Part shown: in pieces, positions 1 to 11,568 of the stretch
Numbering within the stretch: position 1 is the stretch's first letter
Layout of the letters: the number at the start of each line of letters is the position of its first letter
NCBI GenBank assembly: GCA_040143965.1
Contig: JASJQH010006885.1
Coordinates: 1 to 57,851 of the forward strand
DNA: 57,851 nucleotides
Direction of reading: 5' to 3'
Source: Basidiobolus ranarum
Lineage: Eukaryota
Notes under the pieces: generated by a model
The model's database searches: none
Told to the model about the DNA's origin: nothing
The model's input: the letters and a program-made list of their open reading frames with translations, nothing else
Position numbers and translations under genes: made by a program

Positions 1-999
1 ATTCACTGATAAATTGACTGATTAATTTTATTTCGATTGTGCTATTTTTATAGGGTTGATCAGGGGAAAATCGAGTGGCATTCCTGCCGGATTTGGGAGT
101 GTGCTAATTTCGAAACATGTATATAACACTGACGGCCCGTTTCCGATGTCTTGTAACTTTTGTCTCCGCTGTCGGTTCGTTTTAAAATTTATACCTAGAG
201 TAGAACAATAATTGGGAATTGTCTCCCTAAAGTTTAGTAATGATTTGTTTAGTATTTCTGGAGATATTTGCAATTCTTTTCTTGTTTCGGTGATTGCGAG
301 ACGTGTGGGAAAGGTGTAGATATGAAGCTGAGTGAAGGTCAAGGTTTGCTTATGCATTATATGTGTACGAAATATTGAGTTGATTAAGACATTATGTTGT
401 CTCTAAAGTTGCCATTGCTTTTGTCTGATAATCCTATTTCATAACATTCTATTTCTTAGGATTCTTTTGAGTGTCTACTTTCGACTATATGATTTCGTTA
501 TAAAATACTTCTCTACAAATTATCAATGAAGCAATCATAATACGCTTAATATTGTTGCATCCAACTTAAGTTTGTTCTGTGTTCTTAGGATTGTCACATT
601 CGTAGCGTGTCCAGCAAGGTTCTTCAGAAGAAAATTGGAGTTATCTTCTATCGAAACATTAGCATAAACTATTCCTTGAGTATTACCTATCCAGAGGTAT
701 TTCAGAAGCAGTTTTCAAATGTTGAATTCTATCGGTTGGATTTGCCTCATTATCTTTGCTGATTTTGTGTATTATATACCATTTGAAATCTAGATTCACT
801 CTTACAAACTACATATTTATACTTTTTTAATGTGCTGATTTAGTGAATTCAAATAATAGTATTCAAGTATGATATATAGAACAACGAAATTCGGTGTCAT
901 AAACATTTTTATACAGAATGAAGCAAGAAACAGGATAAAGGCAAAAGTATCAATAATGTATAGGTAGAGTACTCGGAAACCTCAAGCTGAGTGAGTGTT

Positions 1000-3531
1000 C
1001 TAGGCCTGTATAGCTCTCTGTTCGGACACTTGATTGAATTCATAAACTTCATCATCACTAATATCAATTTCGTGACGAAGATTACTTATACTTGGCTGGT
1101 AAGCTAACCTAGATATTTCGGCCACTAAAGTAGGAGTTGAGGGCCGGGAATTCTCATGTCGATTTATTGGGTGCTCACGTTCTAACAGAACAATTCGCTG
1201 TTCCATAGCTGCTACATAGCGACAAGCATTCTCCATCTCTGCTTCCTTAAGGGATATGGATTTGCGAAACTCTTGTTCTTTCACCTTGATACATTCTTCT
1301 TGTTGATGAAGTGTCTGCGTTAATGTGGAGATCTGGGAAGAGAGTGCAGTAAATTCCCCTTTTGTGACAACCAGAGTCCTTACTAAAGAAGTATTTTCCT
1401 CTTGTAATGCCAACACTAGATTGATCAAATCAGTTTGACCAAGTGAATCAAGATCTTGACGTGAGGTGTTAGTAACAGTCTTAGTCAATGCTCCGTTAGT
1501 CATTTCAGGTAAAGCAAGAGTTGCTCTAGCTGTTTTGATGGATTCTTCAGTATTTATCTGGGTCTTAATATCAATAGGAGTATGTGGCATAGAGTCTGCA
1601 CTGGCATTTGACACGGTTTCTGTATCAATATCAACCACTAAAGCAGGAACATTCATGACTGGACTAGTGGCGACTACTTGGGCAAAGTTGACTTCAAACT
1701 TTGGTACTTTTTCATCAATAGGACTAGTGTTTTCAGGACCGGACTTTTTGTTCTTCTTAGCCTTCTTTTTATTTTCTATCGGATCTGAAGGTTCATCATC
1801 AATTTGCTCTAATAGCCATTTCTCTTTATGAGCAGCCACACGATCTTCTATCTGTCGCAAGCCTTCCCTAAGGAAAAGTTTTCCAAGAACTGACCCAAGA
1901 ACATATCTCCCAATACTGACTCCTCGTACGAAGTCTTGCCATATGTGTTCCCGACGGGAAGTCACCTCTTCGATAGTAGACTCGTGCTTTTTCATTATAT
2001 TCTCAACAGCGATCACCTCGCAGAATTCCGTATCCATCATCTGTACCTCTAGAACAGGTAATAGTAGGGTAGCAAGATCATTTGAAGTCATCAATGTTTT
2101 CAGATGAGAGATAGACCATGATCGGGTAGACGAAGATAGTGACTCAAGGCGCTTAATTCGTCTTTTGAACTCCTTATTCGATGCTTTTTCGAAACGACCT
2201 TGGGTAGTAGGCTGAGATTCAGTTTTCCAAATCGTTTTAATTGCACCAATTTCAGACACAATTTCAGCTACTCGAGCCTCAAATTCGGCCTCTAACTTAC
2301 CCAACCCGGCCTCTACACTAGCAGAAAAAGCTTTCAGTTGGACAGGAATATGATTAAGCTTTTCTTCAAGTACTTTGCTCTCTTTATCAGCGAGTCGTAT
2401 ATGTTCTCTAGCGATATTGATACGCTCGTGGCAAGTGTTGGAAAGCCTTTCGATAAGATTACGAATGGCAACTATCTGAGATTTCAAAAACTCATTGTAC
2501 CATAAGGTACAACATGTACTTAGATGATCAAGGAAAGAGTAGAAAGAGGCATCCACTTGATCAGAGCTCGGTGTTTTTGAGAAAAGCTTTTTACTTCTTT
2601 TCTTGTGATTATCAACCACTGCAGTCCAGAACTCGTTAAATCCAACCAGTGTATCTTGATGCTTTTGATTGAACTGAGTGATTCTGTTGACGCAACCGTC
2701 ACCTACTGCCTGGACACGAGCTTCTTCATATTGTTTCATTTCTTGAAGAAATATTACGGTTGATTGCCATAAAGAATCTACCACCTTCTCAAAGTCATGA
2801 ACACACTCCTTGAAAACCTTTTCAAGAATATCATTTATCGAGCGACGTGATAATTCAAGATCAGCAAGGGAGATATCATCCGGTCGAGTATGAAAGCAGT
2901 CAGGAGTGGTCTGAGACGCGATGATATTTTGAGTGATCGATCGAAGAAGAGGGAAATCTTTCTCATTAAGTGTTAAATGAAACTTATCTGTTGCAACACT
3001 ATTCAGAATATGAGTTGGATCATTGGTGATGTCGGCCAAAGGCACATTATCAGGTGAGGTATCAAAGCTGATGGGAGAGAAGGTGCGATTGAGTGTCTCA
3101 AATGTAGATGGAGTTTTTTGAAGCCATTCATTGACTGAGTCAGCTACGTGAGAGAGTATAGAGCTGTCAGAGTTGGTATCTTTAGATAATGTTGCTTGAG
3201 TGAGTTGTTGTAACGTTGTACAAAAGGCATTCACTTCTTCGCGAGGAATCGGCTGAGCGAAAGCAACCGCAAGTATAGACTCTTTTCGTATTCGAGAGGC
3301 AGAAGGGAAGTGCTTGCGTTGCAAGAGCTGAGCCCATTCACGACAGTAAAAGCAAGTATATCCATCGCACGCACGAAATTTGTTCACATCCTTAGTAACA
3401 TTCGAGGTTTCAACTCGGAGACTAGTAATTGGCTTGTGAGTCTCATTCTGAGGAGCATTGAGCTTAGGACGAAGGGCTAGCAATTTATTCACAATAGCCG
3501 CAGATTTCAAGGGAACCTCATTAGTGGTCAT
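1000..3531 (-). CDS. Hypothetical 843-aa coiled-coil protein (intronless), weak resemblance to fungal Nst1-type proteins
   Basis: Long uninterrupted ORF with an N-terminal CxxxxCxxC motif (CDGYTCFYC), long helical stretches, a basic KKKAKKNKK patch and a C-terminal coiled coil. No family recognised with confidence. Confidence 0.75.
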   Translation of the reverse strand: MTTNEVPLKSAAIVNKLLALRPKLNAPQNETHKPITSLRVETSNVTKDVNKFRACDGYTCFYCREWAQLLQRKHFPSASRIRKESILAVAFAQPIPREEVNAFCTTLQQLTQATLSKDTNSDSSILSHVADSVNEWLQKTPSTFETLNRTFSPISFDTSPDNVPLADITNDPTHILNSVATDKFHLTLNEKDFPLLRSITQNIIASQTTPDCFHTRPDDISLADLELSRRSINDILEKVFKECVHDFEKVVDSLWQSTVIFLQEMKQYEEARVQAVGDGCVNRITQFNQKHQDTLVGFNEFWTAVVDNHKKRSKKLFSKTPSSDQVDASFYSFLDHLSTCCTLWYNEFLKSQIVAIRNLIERLSNTCHERINIAREHIRLADKESKVLEEKLNHIPVQLKAFSASVEAGLGKLEAEFEARVAEIVSEIGAIKTIWKTESQPTTQGRFEKASNKEFKRRIKRLESLSSSTRSWSISHLKTLMTSNDLATLLLPVLEVQMMDTEFCEVIAVENIMKKHESTIEEVTSRREHIWQDFVRGVSIGRYVLGSVLGKLFLREGLRQIEDRVAAHKEKWLLEQIDDEPSDPIENKKKAKKNKKSGPENTSPIDEKVPKFEVNFAQVVATSPVMNVPALVVDIDTETVSNASADSMPHTPIDIKTQINTEESIKTARATLALPEMTNGALTKTVTNTSRQDLDSLGQTDLINLVLALQEENTSLVRTLVVTKGEFTALSSQISTLTQTLHQQEECIKVKEQEFRKSISLKEAEMENACRYVAAMEQRIVLLEREHPINRHENSRPSTPTLVAEISRLAYQPSISNLRHEIDISDDEVYEFNQVSEQRAIQA

Positions 3532-4433
3532 AGTGTATGTCCTTTAATTAGTGAGCGATGAGGTGATTTTAAAGTGGATGTGAAGGTATCAAGGCGCAAA
3601 ATCAGTACAATGAGTGACTCAATTTAAAGGGAAAATAAAGAAATGGGTAGCAAAAGGAAGCTGGTAGGCAAGTTTAGATCCTGGTGATAAAGCTAATTAA
3701 AAAAGCTGGGCGTACTCCGTCCAATCTTGTCTGCTTTTTATACAGAAAGCCTCAATCAGATCATGATGAGCTAATTTGAAGATATTTCCAGTACGAAGTA
3801 ATTCACTTGAAGTTTGAAGCGTGTAAAATCGATCATATGGATCAATTACTGCTATCTTTGTGAGGAATTGTGTCGTTTGCATTGCAGAAGAACGACATAT
3901 CAATGAAGTTTGATCAAGAAAGTTATGTATACATTATATATATATATATCTAACATTGAAGTATATTTCGATGCCAATTTTGTGGGTAAAATTAACAATA
4001 ATCTAGTTGAATATGTGCTCTCTGTCCTCCGCAAACAAATCAACTCATATATTTTCAAAGTTTGAATCGGCCAAGTTCGTGAACATTGAATCACGTTCTT
4101 TGTTAATAATATCCCCTATTATTCCCCCTACATTAGAGATCCGTTTCATTCTAATTTCACAAACATCGGGGTCGTGAAGCCAAGTGGTTCTGAACAAGTG
4201 TATGTAACAAAAATGTGATTATTTGACTATTACTGTTTGTCTTGATATTACATTATGCACATCTAACCCACGAAGCCAGTTCGAATACTTTAGATATAAA
4301 GTATACAATCTGGAGAGTGCTTAGACAGTACGAAGAGTACAACATGTAGTAATGGTAGTAACTAAAGAAAATTAACATCAACCAGCTGGTAAAGGTAATC
4401 CAGAATCCAAACAGAATACTCTTTTAGTCGTAA

Positions 4434-4506
4434 GGGGTGTTGGCCTAATGGATAAGGCATCAGACTTCGGATCTGGGGATTGCGGGTTCGAGTCCCGTGC
4501 ACCTCG
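4434..4506 (+). tRNA. tRNA-Arg (anticodon UCG), copy 1
   Basis: 73-nt cloverleaf: acceptor GGGGTGT/GCACCTC, D arm GCCT-AATGGATA-AGGC, anticodon arm TCAGA-CTTCGGA-TCTGG, T arm GCGGG-TTCGAGT-CCCGT, followed by a T-run. Confidence 0.96.
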
Positions 4507-4949
4507 CTTTTGCTTCAACACATGACATTTACAAAATTATGCATTTAATTGTATTGAAACTATCAGCTTGAACATCGCAAAAGTTGAATATATCATATGG
4601 AATTTGAGTGGCGATATCTCATTACGAGAATCAAGTACATGACTGTCATCCCCCCGGTTTAATTATGGGACTACCATTATGGCATTTTACAACTTTGACT
4701 AAAACTATACAATCTTAGAATACAAATACTGTACCTCTCCCCTAACGTGATTTAACCACTTGTGAATAAGCATCTTGGTTTTACCATTGATACGTCACAC
4801 CTGTCTTAATTGACTACAAAATTCAAAAAAATATGGACACCGTTGCAGAGTACATTGAAGATAATGGGATCAATCGCCATGAACAAGTAAAGAGTGCAGC
4901 TATGTGAAGGTATACGCTAGAGTAGAGCTCACTAATTGGATATTTATGT

Positions 4950-5022
4950 GGGGTGTTGGCCTAATGGATAAGGCATCAGACTTCGGATCTGGGGATTGCG
5001 GGTTCGAGTCCCGTGCACCTCG
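4950..5022 (+). tRNA. tRNA-Arg (UCG), copy 2
   Basis: Identical to copy 1, followed by a TTTTT Pol III terminator. Confidence 0.96.
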
Positions 5023-5328
5023 TTTTTACTTCAAGCTATCACATGTATGAGTTCTAACCTCACCTTATTATTCCATGCTATTGATGTGTTTAGCTTCCAA
5101 GGATTAAAGTCGCTCCTGCTAGAGCTTACGTACTCATCGTTAGTTTAATGAATGATCTGACTCCTGGTCAATTCTCTAACAGATGCGATGTTGTGTCTGG
5201 CAATTTGGATGCCACAATATTGAGCGTATTACGACTCCTTCATTGATAAGTCAGGGAAGAATTTTAGAACGAAATACAATAACCGAAAGTAAACACTCAA
5301 AACAATCCTAAGTAATAGAATGTCATGT

Positions 5329-5401
5329 GGGGCGTTGGCCTAATGGATAAGGCATCAGACTTCGGATCTGGGGATTGCGGGTTCGAGTCCCGTGCGCCTC
5401 G
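5329..5401 (+). tRNA. tRNA-Arg (UCG), copy 3 (C5-G68 variant)
   Basis: Same cloverleaf with a compensatory acceptor-stem change, GGGGCGT/GCGCCTC. Confidence 0.96.
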
Positions 5402-5919
5402 CTTTTGCCCCAATACATGAAATATATGAAACTATTCACCTCTGAATCTTGTAATTCTAATGGAATTATCAACTTGTACATTGCTTGAAGTTGAGTATAT
5501 TATATAGAGTTCGAGTGGCAATGTCCCATTCAGAGAGATTAAGTACAAAGCTGGGGATTTTGACTGGAGATATCTTATTACGAGACCACAAAAACTAATT
5601 CTACTTGTAGATTACATTGAGGATGAAGGGAGCAAATTCCAGAAAAGTATGAATTTATGTGAAAGTTAATCGAAGAGAAAACCTTGATGTTACGCAACTA
5701 AGTAAACAAAGAAATATGAAAACTACTTAAGAACAAAGAAACATTCTAAGGCAAATTATTGGAAGGATGTATATTTATAAATGTATCAACAAAGTTAACG
5801 AATAAAATGAGCTCAATTAATAAGAATACTTCATTCTTTCGCTTCCTATGCTTACATTATTTTTGTAATCCTATAATTTACAACAGGCTCAACCAACCTC
5901 ACTAATTGGAAACTCGTAT

Positions 5920-5992
5920 GGGGTGTTGGCCTAATGGATAAGGCATCAGACTTCGGATCTGGGGATTGCGGGTTCGAGTCCCGTGCACCTCG
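5920..5992 (+). tRNA. tRNA-Arg (UCG), copy 4
   Basis: Identical to copies 1 and 2, followed by TTTTT. Confidence 0.96.
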
Positions 5993-6628
5993 TTTTTGCT
6001 TCAACATGAGATTTCCTATAGATAAATATAAAGTTGGGTTTTCAATATACCTCATTGTTTGTACTTCGTTAAAAAGTCATGTTTAGAAACGACTCCAGAC
6101 CAGATGAGAAATACTTAGCAAATTTCCTCAATGATATGAGTATACATGCAAGGTATGGAATTAGCTAACCGCCTGCCAGCTAGTCGTTTCAATAATAAAT
6201 TTCTCTAGAATACATAAACATATAGTGGCCGAGTGATGTGATTTCTTTAATGTAACAAATACCCCGAGTTTGAATTGATAATTGAACGATTGGATCTTAT
6301 ATCGTGCTGATTCAAAATTCAAAACGTGATGATCAGCTATCAAACACAAAGAAATCGTTCACCAGAATCTTGCTACACGAAACAAATGAAATTTCCTGGT
6401 TTTCATGTCCTACGACTAGTCCGGTCGGAATATATTCCTTTTTTCTAACAATGATTAGTCAGGTATAAAAGACATAGTTTAGCTTTCGTGAAAGTCAAAG
6501 ATAACGTACCATCCACATCTCTACTAAACCTCCTAGAACCAGAAGTTGCGACGAAATCAACGATAGATTCCCTACACTTTGGATTCCCGATATTTTAAAG
6601 CACGGTAACAGGTTGAATAATTCTAGAT

Positions 6629-8066
6629 ATGGTAAGGAGAATAATGAATATTACATCTTTATATTGAAAGTAAAGCACTCTTTACTCATCCTTCAACATA
6701 TAATTTCAAGCGGTTTGGAACGGATTGTATAGCTTCACTCTTAGTGTTGGTGAATATCGCCTCCGGTTTAGGTGGCATTTGCAAAAACTTTGGATCACCA
6801 TGTCCTCAGAGTGCTCCCTGTTGTTTAGACGGATGGTGTAGTAGTGATCTAAAATACTGTGCCACTGGATGTCAGCCCGAAAATAGTTTTACACCCGAAT
6901 CGTGTTTTCCTAAGCCACCTTGTGTTAGTTTTAGAGAAGATTTTGACTCGCCTAGACTCGTGCAACTAGCCAATTTTACAGGAGATCCAATGATTGCTGA
7001 CTGGACTTCAGACTTTACGCCGGATAATACAGAGATTGAAAATGGAAATCTAGTACTAAGTATGAAGCTTTCACAAAACAAGAATGAGTTTGGAAGATTG
7101 CAGGGATTCGGCGCAACTATATCTTCAGTGAGGTATGAGAGATATCGGAGAGAACTGTACGAGCAAAGCCATATTGACTAACTATTAATCTATTTAGGTG
7201 GATCGAGTATGGCACTATCACAGCTCGTATAAAAACCGCATCGACTTCTGTAGGAGTGGTCTCTTCATTTATTGTAAGTCGATGTCTTACTACATCTAAC
7301 TGTGCTGCATACATTGCTAACGTTCTTACTTGCAGACGCGAAATCTTTTTGGTGATGAGATTGACTTTGAGTGGGTTGGGAAAAACCCTAACGAGGTTCA
7401 ACAAAATTTTTACTACGATAATATATTGAATTATACAAATGCTCGATTTACTGTGGTCGACTCGAATACCTCAGAAGATTATCATGTCTATACAATTGAT
7501 TGGCAGCCCGACTATTTGAGGTAAGAACATTTTCTGTCATTGTTGGGTAATACTTTAATATGCTAATCTGCATACGAATCAATACTAGATGGTTAATTGA
7601 TGGGCAGGAACTTCGTGTTCTCAAACGTAATGATACCTGGGATCCTAAGCTCCAAAAGTTCAAGTATCCTAACAGAGCTCAACGGGTGCAATTCAGTTTA
7701 TGGGATGGAGGGCAAGGCCCTGAGGGGACTATGCTATGGGCAGGTGGACGAACCAATTGGTCAGATCCGAAAACGGCATACAAAATGTATATCGATTGGG
7801 TAGACATTCAGTGTAAATACAATGGAAATGAAACGACACCGTGGCCCGGTGTGGGCGTGGGTGTAGGTGTAGCGAATCCAACGAATAGCGGAAATGCTAC
7901 ACCCACTCCATCTATCGGAATTGCGATGTTGCCGACAAGTGCAAATCGTACTTCAAGCACTACTTCAGCGAACTTACCAAACACCAATTTCTCATCAAAA
8001 AATACCATCGATTTGCTATTTTTAGGTCTTGTTTTGGTTCCTCTTTTCATCGTTTGTAACATCTAA
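6629..8066 (+). CDS. GH16 Crh/Utr2-like chitin-glucan transglycosylase with N-terminal Cys-rich chitin-binding domain and probable GPI anchor (multi-exon)
   Basis: ATG at 6629 is followed by an intron to about 6710, giving a signal-peptide-like MRFGTDCIASLLVLVNIASG. Also Cys-rich CPQSAPCCLDGWC, GH16 catalytic GDEIDFEWVG, YHVYTIDW, a S/T-rich stalk and a hydrophobic C-terminal tail. Confidence 0.9.
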
Positions 8067-8414
8067 ATTAACTATAGCTTTAGATATTCCACTCTTTTCC
8101 TTAACTATTCCTTCCCGGATTTCCTTTCACTAATTTATAATTGAAAAGAGGCTGCCATGCTGTTCTGCAGATTCTATTAAAATGTAAATGAGCCAGCCAT
8201 GTGATATATTTGCAAAAAGATACGATATTATATAGTGAGACGGTGAAATTTATTGCTATTCAAAAGTTTTCTTGATGAAATATGCCCGTTTTTGAGATCG
8301 CAATATGCTTATTGTGAAGTTTTAAAGAAACGTGAATTCAAATAGAATTATGATTGATAGAGGTACTCTTTATGCAGTTTTATGTTTAGGGAACCTCATG
8401 GAATCTGCATGCTA

Positions 8415-10219
8415 CTAGTTCATTGTTGGCATGTTAACACTGTTCAATCCAGCCTCAGCATCTTCAGAGCGCCACAATGAAGTGACAGTTTTGGTGGATG
8501 TGTAGAATTGAATACCACTCTTACCATAGAAATTCAAATCGCCAATAATCGATCCACGTGATCCGGTGAAAGAGAACATGGGCAATGGGACAGGAATAGG
8601 TACATTAATACCAACTTGGCCAATATCAACTTCTTCCTGGAATTTACGTGCAACAGAGCCTGATCTGGTGAAGATAGCGGTACCGTTACCATAACGATTG
8701 TTGTTAATGATATCGATGGCTTCCTCCATGGTATCTACATTCAAGCATACCAGAACTGGTCCGAAGATTTCCTCTTGATAGCATTTCATATTGGTTTTAA
8801 CATCGGACAAGATCGTAGGTCCTACGAAGTTACCGTTCTCGTACTTTGGTACCTTGATACCGCGACCGTCAAGTACTAAGCTAGCACCTTCATCTACACC
8901 GGATTGAATCAAGGATTCGACGCGCTCCTTAGCTTGTACGGTTATAAGTGGTCCAAGATCAGTATCAGGTTCGAAGCCACTAGAGACCTTTAGATTTTTG
9001 GCACGCTCAATCAACTCTGGTAACCACTCTTTGGATTTACCTACGAATATAGCAGTAGAGAGTGCCATACAACGCTGACCAGCAGCACCAAATGCGGCAC
9101 CGGTAAGCTGGTTTAATACATGATTTTTGTCAGCATCAGGCATAATCACTCCATGATTTTTGGCACCCAAGTTGGCCTGTACACGTTTTCCATTAGCACT
9201 ACCACGATTGTGAATGTACTTTCCAGCATGATCAGAACCAACGAAACTGATAGCCTTAATGTTTGGGTCATCACACATGAAGTTTACGGTATCAACACCA
9301 CCATGGACAACATTGAGAACACCTTTTGGAATTCCAACTTGTTCAGCCAACTCAGCTAAGATCATCATGGCTCCAGGATCACGTTCTGATGGTTTAATGA
9401 TACAAGTGTTACCACAAGCGATAGAAAGTGGGAACATCCAGAGGGGAATCATAGCTGGGAAATTGAATGGAGCGATACCAGCTGTTACTCCCAAAGGCTC
9501 CTTGATAGTGTAAGTGTCCATATCCTTGGAAACACTTAACAACTCTCCCTTCAGATAGTCAGTAATGCCACAAGCATGCTCAACGACCTCTACAAATTTG
9601 AAATACCGATGTCAATATGAGTGAATATATAGCAGATACTGGTATTCGTGAATTAGATACTTACGTAAGCCTCGGAGAACGTCACCCTGGGCATCCTTGA
9701 AGGTTTTTCCTTGCTCGGTGACAATAGAGTTAGCAATACGATCCTGTATATGAAGAAATTGATCAGTTATAGACATGAGGAATGAAAGAATGAACCTTTG
9801 AGAATCATACCATATTCTCTCGAATAGCCAATTGAAGATCCAAAATCTTCCTTTGTCTTGAAAGAAGAGAAGTTTTCTTCCAGGTTTTGAAAGTATCTTG
9901 AGCAACACGAGATGCTTCCTTTAGTTCTTCTGGTGTTGATTGTGGTACTCTAGAAACAATCTCTTGAGTAGCAGGGTTTCTTAATTCAATCCAGTCTTTA
10001 GTTTGAGATTCGATGAATTCACCATTGATATACAACTTGGTGGTAGGATCCGTTGCTGTAGATAACTTCCTCAAGATACTTATCGCAGAGAGTTTCTTCA
10101 CACCATTTGTCTGGCGTAAACTTTGAGAATGATTTAGAATATGCATCAACTTCAAATAAAATATATATATTTGAATAGAATACTCACCCAAAGGATGCAG
10201 TTTTTGTCAAAAGAGTCAT
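8415..10219 (-). CDS. ALDH6A1: Methylmalonate-semialdehyde dehydrogenase (acylating), mitochondrial, ALDH6A1/MmsA family (multi-exon)
   Basis: Motifs [37 protein letters not shown] and EEIFGPV. The basic N-terminal presequence starts at ATG 10219. Confidence 0.95.
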
Positions 10220-11568
10220 TTTCGATAGGTATGAGAGAGAAGAGCGTACTCAGGGGAAATACTTTAATAAGTTACAAGTAGTAACTGAAGAAGATTACTT
10301 GTTTATTTGGATTTGCGCGAAGCCTCAATATATATGTCAAAAAGGAGATGAAGGGCATGGGAAAACTCAACGTGACTGTGTATTAAGTATTGGAGGATAA
10401 CTGAATAAGAAATCCATACAATATGAAGGGGTTATTACCGTGCCAACATTCTATTCGTTCGGGACTACGACTGTTTGACCAGGAATGGATGTTACAACCA
10501 AATACTATTTGAAGTCAATCAAGAATTGATCGGTGTCCATGATATGCCACCATTTGCAGTGGAATTGTATTAGCAACCTTCACATCAATTCATAACCAAC
10601 AAAACCCATCCATTTGAAGCCTCAGGCATCACTATTTTGCCAACAGAATTTCATCGATTTGAACCAATGAATGCATGCCTTTTCTTAAACTTGCTCATAA
10701 TATTACCAATGGTTGACAGTGTGAGTTTCAGGAGTATAAGCTTGTCAATCATTAATTCATCCACCTGGGAAAGCCTTTACTCCCATAGTGAACTCCGACC
10801 CGACATAGTAAAACCCATGATTTAAGCCGACAAAGTATGCTCTCATGACAAGGATAATCTGATTGATGATACGCTAACCAAGCCACATCATACGTTATAC
10901 GTCCAACAGTCGTGGGAAAATTCCAATGCCAGTACTTATTCCACTTGGACTAACTATTTTTAACAAAAAACCTTGGGGTGAACAGCAAGCTGTGCATAAA
11001 GCATGTTCATAGTATCAAAGTTTGGAATATGTAAGCAATCATGTAAACCTGGTCAGTTCCACAAATTATATACATTAGCACTCTACTCCTCTTTACACAG
11101 CATACTCATGACTTATAGGATCCAAACTGATGACGACAGTGTGAATTTTTTTTAGTGTGAATTTTTAGATATCTTTCTCAGTCGAGTATAGTTCTTCCAT
11201 GGTGGCGTAATACACTACTAGGGTCATTACTGAGCTTGATGGAAATGTTTGTTTCAAAATATTCCCGGTGGGATTTGATTTTGACAGCACAGATGTCGGT
11301 ATATATTCATCATGAAAAATGAATGCATAAATTTTTAACTTGTATTATATTTAAGCTATTGCTATCAATTGGAAAGTTCTAGGTAGAGGAAGTCGGGTAG
11401 GGAAGAGTGTAATATTGGTGATTATTAGATAAATTTTCATACATAAACAGGGTCGATAGGAAATGGATGGTGTGAAGGATACTTGGTGCGAATAATGTAT
11501 TCAAAGAGAGGCAAAGCTAATTGAAATGGAAGGAATATAGAAAACACAATGTGTAATAATAATATGCT

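Noticed and set aside
1-900. Possible decayed non-LTR retroelement or pseudogene on the minus strand (includes ORF 28-357)
   Set aside because: Many stops and no diagnostic RT or endonuclease motif that I can recognise.
4434-5992. Repeated 73-bp units as a CRISPR array or SINE family
   Set aside because: The units are complete tRNA cloverleafs with immediate T-run terminators and spacers of hundreds of bp in a eukaryotic context.
5852-6055. ORF 5852-6055 (-), and similarly 37626-37829 (-)
   Set aside because: These are antisense translations of tRNA genes.
10450-11170. Possible degenerate transposon (HTVNH peptide on the minus strand; CAGTGTGAATTTTT repeat near 11138)
   Set aside because: No partner inverted repeat or extended DDE homology is visible; likely chance.
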